DNA from: Heterodontus francisci
Lineage: Eukaryota
DNA length: 64,000 nucleotides
Assembly (NCBI RefSeq): GCF_036365525.1
Contig: NC_090388.1
Span: forward strand, 68,256,258-68,320,257
Direction of reading: 5' to 3'
This document shows, one piece after another, positions 58,667 through 64,000 of this stretch (the first letter of the stretch is position 1; each line of letters starts with the position of its first letter). The position numbers were made by a program, and so were the translations under genes. The notes beneath the pieces are model-generated. The model did no database searches and had not been told where the DNA came from. It saw only the letters and a program-made list of their open reading frames with translations.

Positions 58667-60154
58667 CTGCATAAAAGAAATGAAAAAGTTTTTAAAAATT
58701 AAGGTCATCGAACATGAACTTTTCAATTGAAATGTACTACTTGGAGACAGTATAAAATCTGCCATCCTGAAAAAGAGAGGTTCATTTCTAGTGAAATTAC
58801 ACTGAAGTGTGAATATGAACATTTAAAAAAAAAATAATATAAGTGTCAATGCTTAATTCAATTAAATAACTTCACAACTAAATAATTACATAGTACTTTA
58901 AGTGAGAGACTTTATTCAATTTTAGGGTCAAAACCATCTTGAATGATATAGGTTCGAAGGAAAGAATATACTGCTGATGACAGAGCCATGTAAATAGACA
59001 TTTTCAAATCACTGCTGTCAGACAGCAGCAGAAACCATTCAGTCTTTGAAACCTTTTATATATTTTACTGCAGCTGGGGAGAAAACACAATTGCTTTGCT
59101 GCATAAATACAATTTTATTCCATTTACTGTTTAAGGATCAGCTAAGAGAATTGGAGAAAAATACTGTAAACTGTGAACATTGTCAGAAATCTCCACATAA
59201 ATGCAGGAAAAAAAGCATGGCAAATTAGTTCATCTCACACAGAGACAGGTGAAAGTTAAAAACTTTTGATTCTGACAATGAATCTCCTTTGCAACTTTTC
59301 AAATTTCCATAGGTTATCTGTTTTATAATAGCCACACAAACAATTTTCTGTCAAATTCCAATACGTTTGAGCAAGGAATCTGTGGGACATTTTGCATTTG
59401 CAGTACAATGGTTTAGATAGAACACAGCAGCTGGATTTTAAACATTGATGCGAATAAATGCTACTGTAAAGCTTGAAAGGGTTATGTTTTCTTACACAGG
59501 TGGCTCAAATTGTGAAGTACTTTATGGGACATCATCAACGTTGATGTTTTGATATAGAAATGATAGGTCTGCTTCACAAACTTTCTGGAATTCTCATAGA
59601 GGTGGCGGCAAAATTAGAGGATGAGGCCATTTTGATAAGAGTTCTGCATGTGGAATTTTTATAGATTATAAGGCCCATGGAATTATTGGCACTTTAACAA
59701 GCCATTTCCAAATTTGCTTGGCAACAAAAAACAGTGAATGATGATCGGTGGAAACATCTTTGCTTCAGAGGCTGTGACCTGTGCAAACCTGTTTCTGGTA
59801 TTGTGCTATGTGGCCAGGGGAGTTCTACAACCTCAATGTGTAAAGAAAATGGAATAAATGGAATGAATTATCAAAGGAGTGGAGGAATGTAGATACAAGG
59901 ATAATTGTGTATGAATAATGGGCCTTATTCTGTATTAAACTTTAGTGCTGCTGAAATTCCTAGGATGTCTCCCATCCAAGCAATATTCAGGCCTGACTCG
60001 TAAATTTTCAAAACTAAGTGGAATTGGTCACATCAAAGGTAATATGGCTGCAGGTTCCATTTTGGAAAGTGGAAAAGAAAAAGAACTGGTTGGGATCATG
60101 AACCGTTGAAAGCATCCTGTCAATTTAAAACCATTATTGACAAACGTATTGAAG

Positions 60155-60392
60155 TAGGAACAGGAGTAGGCCATTCAGCCCCTCGAGCCTGTTAAGCCAT
60201 TCAATTAAATCTTGGCTGATTTGTACCTTTTACCCTATTTAACCACCTTGGTTCCATATCCCTTAATACAGTTGCCCAAAAAAAAAAATCTATCGCCGTT
60301 TTGAAAGGGAGACAGTTCCAGATTTCCACTAAATTTTGTGCAAGGAAGTGTTTTCTGACATCGCCCTTGAATGGCCTAACTTTAATATTAAG
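60155..60392 (-). mobile_element. CR1 3' tail fragment
   Basis: ggaacaggagtaggccattcagcccctcgagcctg tail and RPFKGDVRKHF...VEIWN. Confidence 0.7.
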
Positions 60393-60877
60393 GAAATCTT
60401 TTGGCCTGGGTTTTGCAGTCAGCAGCAAATGAACGGCGCACATCGCTGGCCTGAAAGACAGCTGCCCACAGATATAATCAGTTTGAAGAATTCTCTCAAA
60501 CAGTACACCAGGAAGTACAAACCACTGATAATCATTCACATTTTAATCATTTCAGAGAGTGAAGTAAAGATTGTGGCATATACATAGGATTAAGGCAGAA
60601 GATAAAATATCAAATCTCAATAAAACAACATTTTTAAAAAAAATCTATGGAATCATGGAATGACACTCCTGACTTCTAAAATTAAATTTTCCAGAGTAGG
60701 TTGTTCAGCAGTAATTATGACCATTAAAAATGCGGTTATATTTCGATCAACAATGCTTAACTTTTCCAACTGTTTTTACAGCGAGAATAGTGCGTTAAAA
60801 AATTAAAGTGCACGCCAAATTACTGATTCAGTGTTGACTGCACCTGCGAAGACTGCAAAAGGGCAGGGTATCACTTT

Positions 60878-61655
60878 TTTAAAAATTCTTTTCATGGGAT
60901 GTTGGTGTTGCTGGCAATGCCAGCATTTATTGCCCATCCCCAATTGTCCGAGAAAGTGGAGGTGAGCTGCCTTCTTGAACCGCTGCAGTCCACCCACAGT
61001 GCTGTTAGGGAGTTCCAGGATTTTGATCAAACAACAGTGAAGGAACGGCGATATAGTTCCAATTCAGGATGGTGTGTGACGTGGAGGGGAACTTGCAGGT
61101 AGTGGTGTTCCCATCGGTCAGCTGTCCTTGTTCTTCTAGGTAGAAGAGGTTGTGGGTTTGGAAGGTGCTGTTGAAGGAGGCGTGATGAGTTGCTGCAGTG
61201 CCTTTGTGGACAGTAAACACTGCTGCCACTGTGCGTCGGTGGTGGAGGGAGTGAATATTTAAGGTTGCGGATGGAGTGTCGATCAAGTGGGCTGCTTTGT
61301 TTTGGATGGTGTTGAGTTTCTTGAGTGTTGTTGGAGCCGTACTCATCCAGGCAAGTATAGAGTATTCCATCACACTCTTCACGTGTGCCTTGTAGATGGT
61401 GGACAGGCTGTGGGGAGTCAGGAGTTGGGTAACTTGCCACAGAATTCCCAGCCTCTGACCTGCTCTTGTAGTTATGTGGCTGCTCCAGTTAAATTTCTGG
61501 TCAATGGTAACCCCCAGGATGTTGACAGAGGGGGATTCAGCGATGGTATTGCCATTTAATGTCATGGGGAAATGGTTAGATTCTCTCTTATTGAAGATCG
61601 TCATTGCCTGGCACTTGTGTGGCGTGAATGTAACTTGCCACTTATCAGCCCAAGT
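60878..61655 (-). mobile_element. CR1-superfamily LINE (second family), 3' fragment
   Basis: ILGVTIDQKFNWSSHI...STIYKAHVKSVMEYS; homologous to 12000-12785 and 39600-40400. Confidence 0.88.
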
Positions 61656-62515
61656 CCTGCCACAGACTTGTCAGCAAGGTTATGGGTCATGGAATAAAAA
61701 GGATTGTAGCAACATGGATACAGAATTAGCAGAGTGACAAGAAATAAAGATTAGTGGTTAATGGATCTTTTTCAGGCTGGAGGAAGGTTTGTAGTGAAAT
61801 TCCCCAGGGGTTAGTGTTGGGACCCTTACTTTTCTTGATATATATTAATGACCTAGACCTTGGTGTACAGGGCACAATTTCAAAGTTTGTGAATGATGCA
61901 AAACTTGGAAGCATTGTGAACTGTGAGGATGGTGTAGAATTGCAAAAGGACAGACAAATTGGTGGAATGGGCGGATAGGTGGCAGATGAAGTTCAATGTA
62001 TAGAAGAAATGTGAAGTCATTCATTTTGGTCGGAAGAACAAGGAGACAATATAAAATAAACAGTACAATTCTAAAGGGGATGTAGGAGCAGACGGACCTG
62101 GGTGTATATGTGCATAAGACATTGAAGGTGGCAGGACAGGTTGAGAGCGTGGTTAATAAAACATACAGTATCCTGGGCTTTATTAATAGGGACAAATAGT
62201 ACAAGAGCAAGGGAGTTATGTTGAACTTATAAAAGACGTTAGTTTGGCCTCAGCTGGAGTACTGCATCCAGTTCTAGGCGCCGCACTTTAGGAAAGATGT
62301 CAGGGCATTGGAGAGAGTACAGAAAAGATTTATGAGAATGGTTCCAGGGATGAGGAACTTCAGTTATGAAGATAGATTGGAGGAGCTGGGACTGTTTTCC
62401 TTGAAGAGAAGGCCAAAAGGTGATTTGATCGAGGTATTCAAAATCATGAACGGTCTAGAGAGTAGATAGAGAGAAACTGTTCCCACTTGTGAAAGGTTCG
62501 AGAACAAAAGGGCTC
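61656..62515 (+). mobile_element. CR1 RT fragment
   Basis: VNGSFSGWRKVCSEIPQGLVLGPLLFLIYINDLD...SKFVND. Confidence 0.85.
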
Positions 62516-62842
62516 ACCCTTCCCCATCTCCAGCCCTACAATCCTCTGAGATATCTCCAATTCTGGTCTCTTGAGCATCCCTAATTTTAGTCACTCCACC
62601 TTTGACAGCTGTGTCTTCAGCTGCCAAGGCTCTAAACTCTGGAATTTGCTTTCTAAACCTCCCAGCTCTCTTCCTCCTTTAAGACACTCTCTTGAACCTA
62701 CCTCTCTAACCAAGCTTCTGGTCGTTGGCCCAAATATCTCCTTATGTGACTCAATGCCAAATTTTGTTTGATAATGCTCCTGTGAAGTGTGTTAGGACTT
62801 TGTACGATGTTAAAGGTGCTAAATAAATACAAGTTGTTGTTA
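62516..62842 (+). mobile_element. L2 3' end
   Basis: FSCQG.KLWN.L...FKT.L..YL pattern and terminal aaaggtgctaaataaatacaagttgttgtt. Confidence 0.6.
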
Positions 62843-62999
62843 TGTCTATACATTTTGTCTTTATTAAGGAAGGGCAGGGTGAAGAGCTCATGTACTTTTT
62901 CATCTCACAGATTGATGACTAGCTATTTGGCTGTTTTGCCCTCCTCCTCCTTCCCTATCCTGATATAGAGATCGAGAGGAGTATACAGCCATTCAAAAA

Positions 63000-64000
63000 G
63001 AGCGGGGAGAGGCTTCACTGTAAACACACCGCCGAGATCGGAGACAGACCTCACTGTAAACACAGAGCTGAGATCGGAGACAGACCTCACTGTAAACACA
63101 GAGCCGAGAGTGGGGAGAGGCTTCACTGTAAACACAGAGCCGAGATCGGAGAAAGACCTCACTGTATACACAGAGCCGAGAGCGGGGAGAGGCGTCGCTG
63201 TAAACACACCGCCGAGATCGGAGACAGACCTCACTGTATACACAGAGCCGAGAGCGGGGAGAGGCTTCACTGTAAACACACCACCGAGATCGGAGACAGA
63301 CCTCACTGTATACACAGAGCCGAGAGCGGGGAGAGGCTTCACTGTAAACACACCGCCGAGATCGGAGACAGACCTCGCTGTAAACACAACGTCGAGATCG
63401 GGGACAGACCTCACTGTAAACACAACGTCGAGAGCGGGGAGAGCTTCACTGTAAACACAGCACCGAGAGGCTTCGCTGTAAACACAGCGTTGAGAGGGGG
63501 GAGAGGCTTCGCTGTAAACACAGCATCAAGAGCAGGGAGAGGCTTCGCTGTAAACACAGCACCGAGAGGCTTCGCTGTAAACACAGCGTTGAGAGGGGGG
63601 AGAGGCTTCACTGTAAACACACCGCCGAGATCGGGGACAGACCTCACTGTAAACACACCGCCGAGATCAGAGACAGACCTCACTGTAAACACAGAGCTGA
63701 GAGTGGGGAGAGGCTTCACTGTAAACACACCGCCGAGATCGGGGACAGACCTCACTGTAAACACAGAGCCGAGAGTGGGGAGAGGCTTCACTGTAAACAC
63801 AGCGTCAAGAGCGGGGAGAGGCTTCACTGTAAACACACCGCCGAGATCGGGGACAGACCTCACTGTAAACACAGCGTTGAGAGGGGGGAGAGGCTTCACT
63901 GTAAACACAGCGTTGAGAGGGGGGAGAGGCTTCACTGTAAACACAGCGTTGAGAGGGGGGAGAGGCTTCACTGTAAACACAGCGTTGAGAGGGGGGAGAG
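63000..64000. repeat. 36-bp minisatellite (two unit subtypes), continues beyond the window; in an ATXN7L1 intron
   Basis: Unit ACTGTAAACACAGAGCCGAGAGTGGGGAGAGGCTTC with variant ...GAGATCGGAGACAGACCTC; about 28 copies, with occasional 27-bp deleted units. Confidence 0.95.

Noticed and set aside
62923-63980. ORFs of 12-aa repeats (FTVKPLPALGSV)
   Set aside because: The 36-bp period lacks stops by construction; no start context or splice evidence.
63000-64000. CRISPR-like repeat/spacer appearance
   Set aside because: The intervening parts are themselves repeated variants rather than unique spacers; eukaryotic context, no cas genes.

Overview
This is eukaryotic, repeat-dense genomic DNA from a cartilaginous fish (shark-type CR1, V-SINE, Deu-SINE, Penelope and Harbinger families). 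It is not prokaryotic, and almost every ORF in the track is transposon debris or a repeat artefact. Two host genes lie on the minus strand in the same order as human 7q22. The first is the 3' end of ATXN7L1: a 78-nt exon at 58589-58666, a terminal mini-exon PKVHQ* at 49906-49923, and a ~2.5-kb 3'UTR. The second is the first coding exon of EFCAB10 (851-953), preceded by an RFX X-box and a 1.3-kb G-rich minisatellite built from GC-box and CCAAT-box words. Between them are two deeply nested PIF/Harbinger elements (2434-13314 and 24956-35461, the latter split by a full Gypsy provirus), three hAT MITEs, solo LTRs, many LINE fragments, and a set of short Penelope-derived insertions carrying a minimal hammerhead-ribozyme core. 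The last ATXN7L1 intron holds a near full-length CR1, and a 36-bp minisatellite runs off the right edge. I could not demonstrate a wholly new system. The best leads are the hammerhead-bearing mini-elements, the promoter minisatellite and the ATXN7L1 3' end. Family names come from recalled motifs rather than database searches, and boundaries without TSD/TIR support are approximate.
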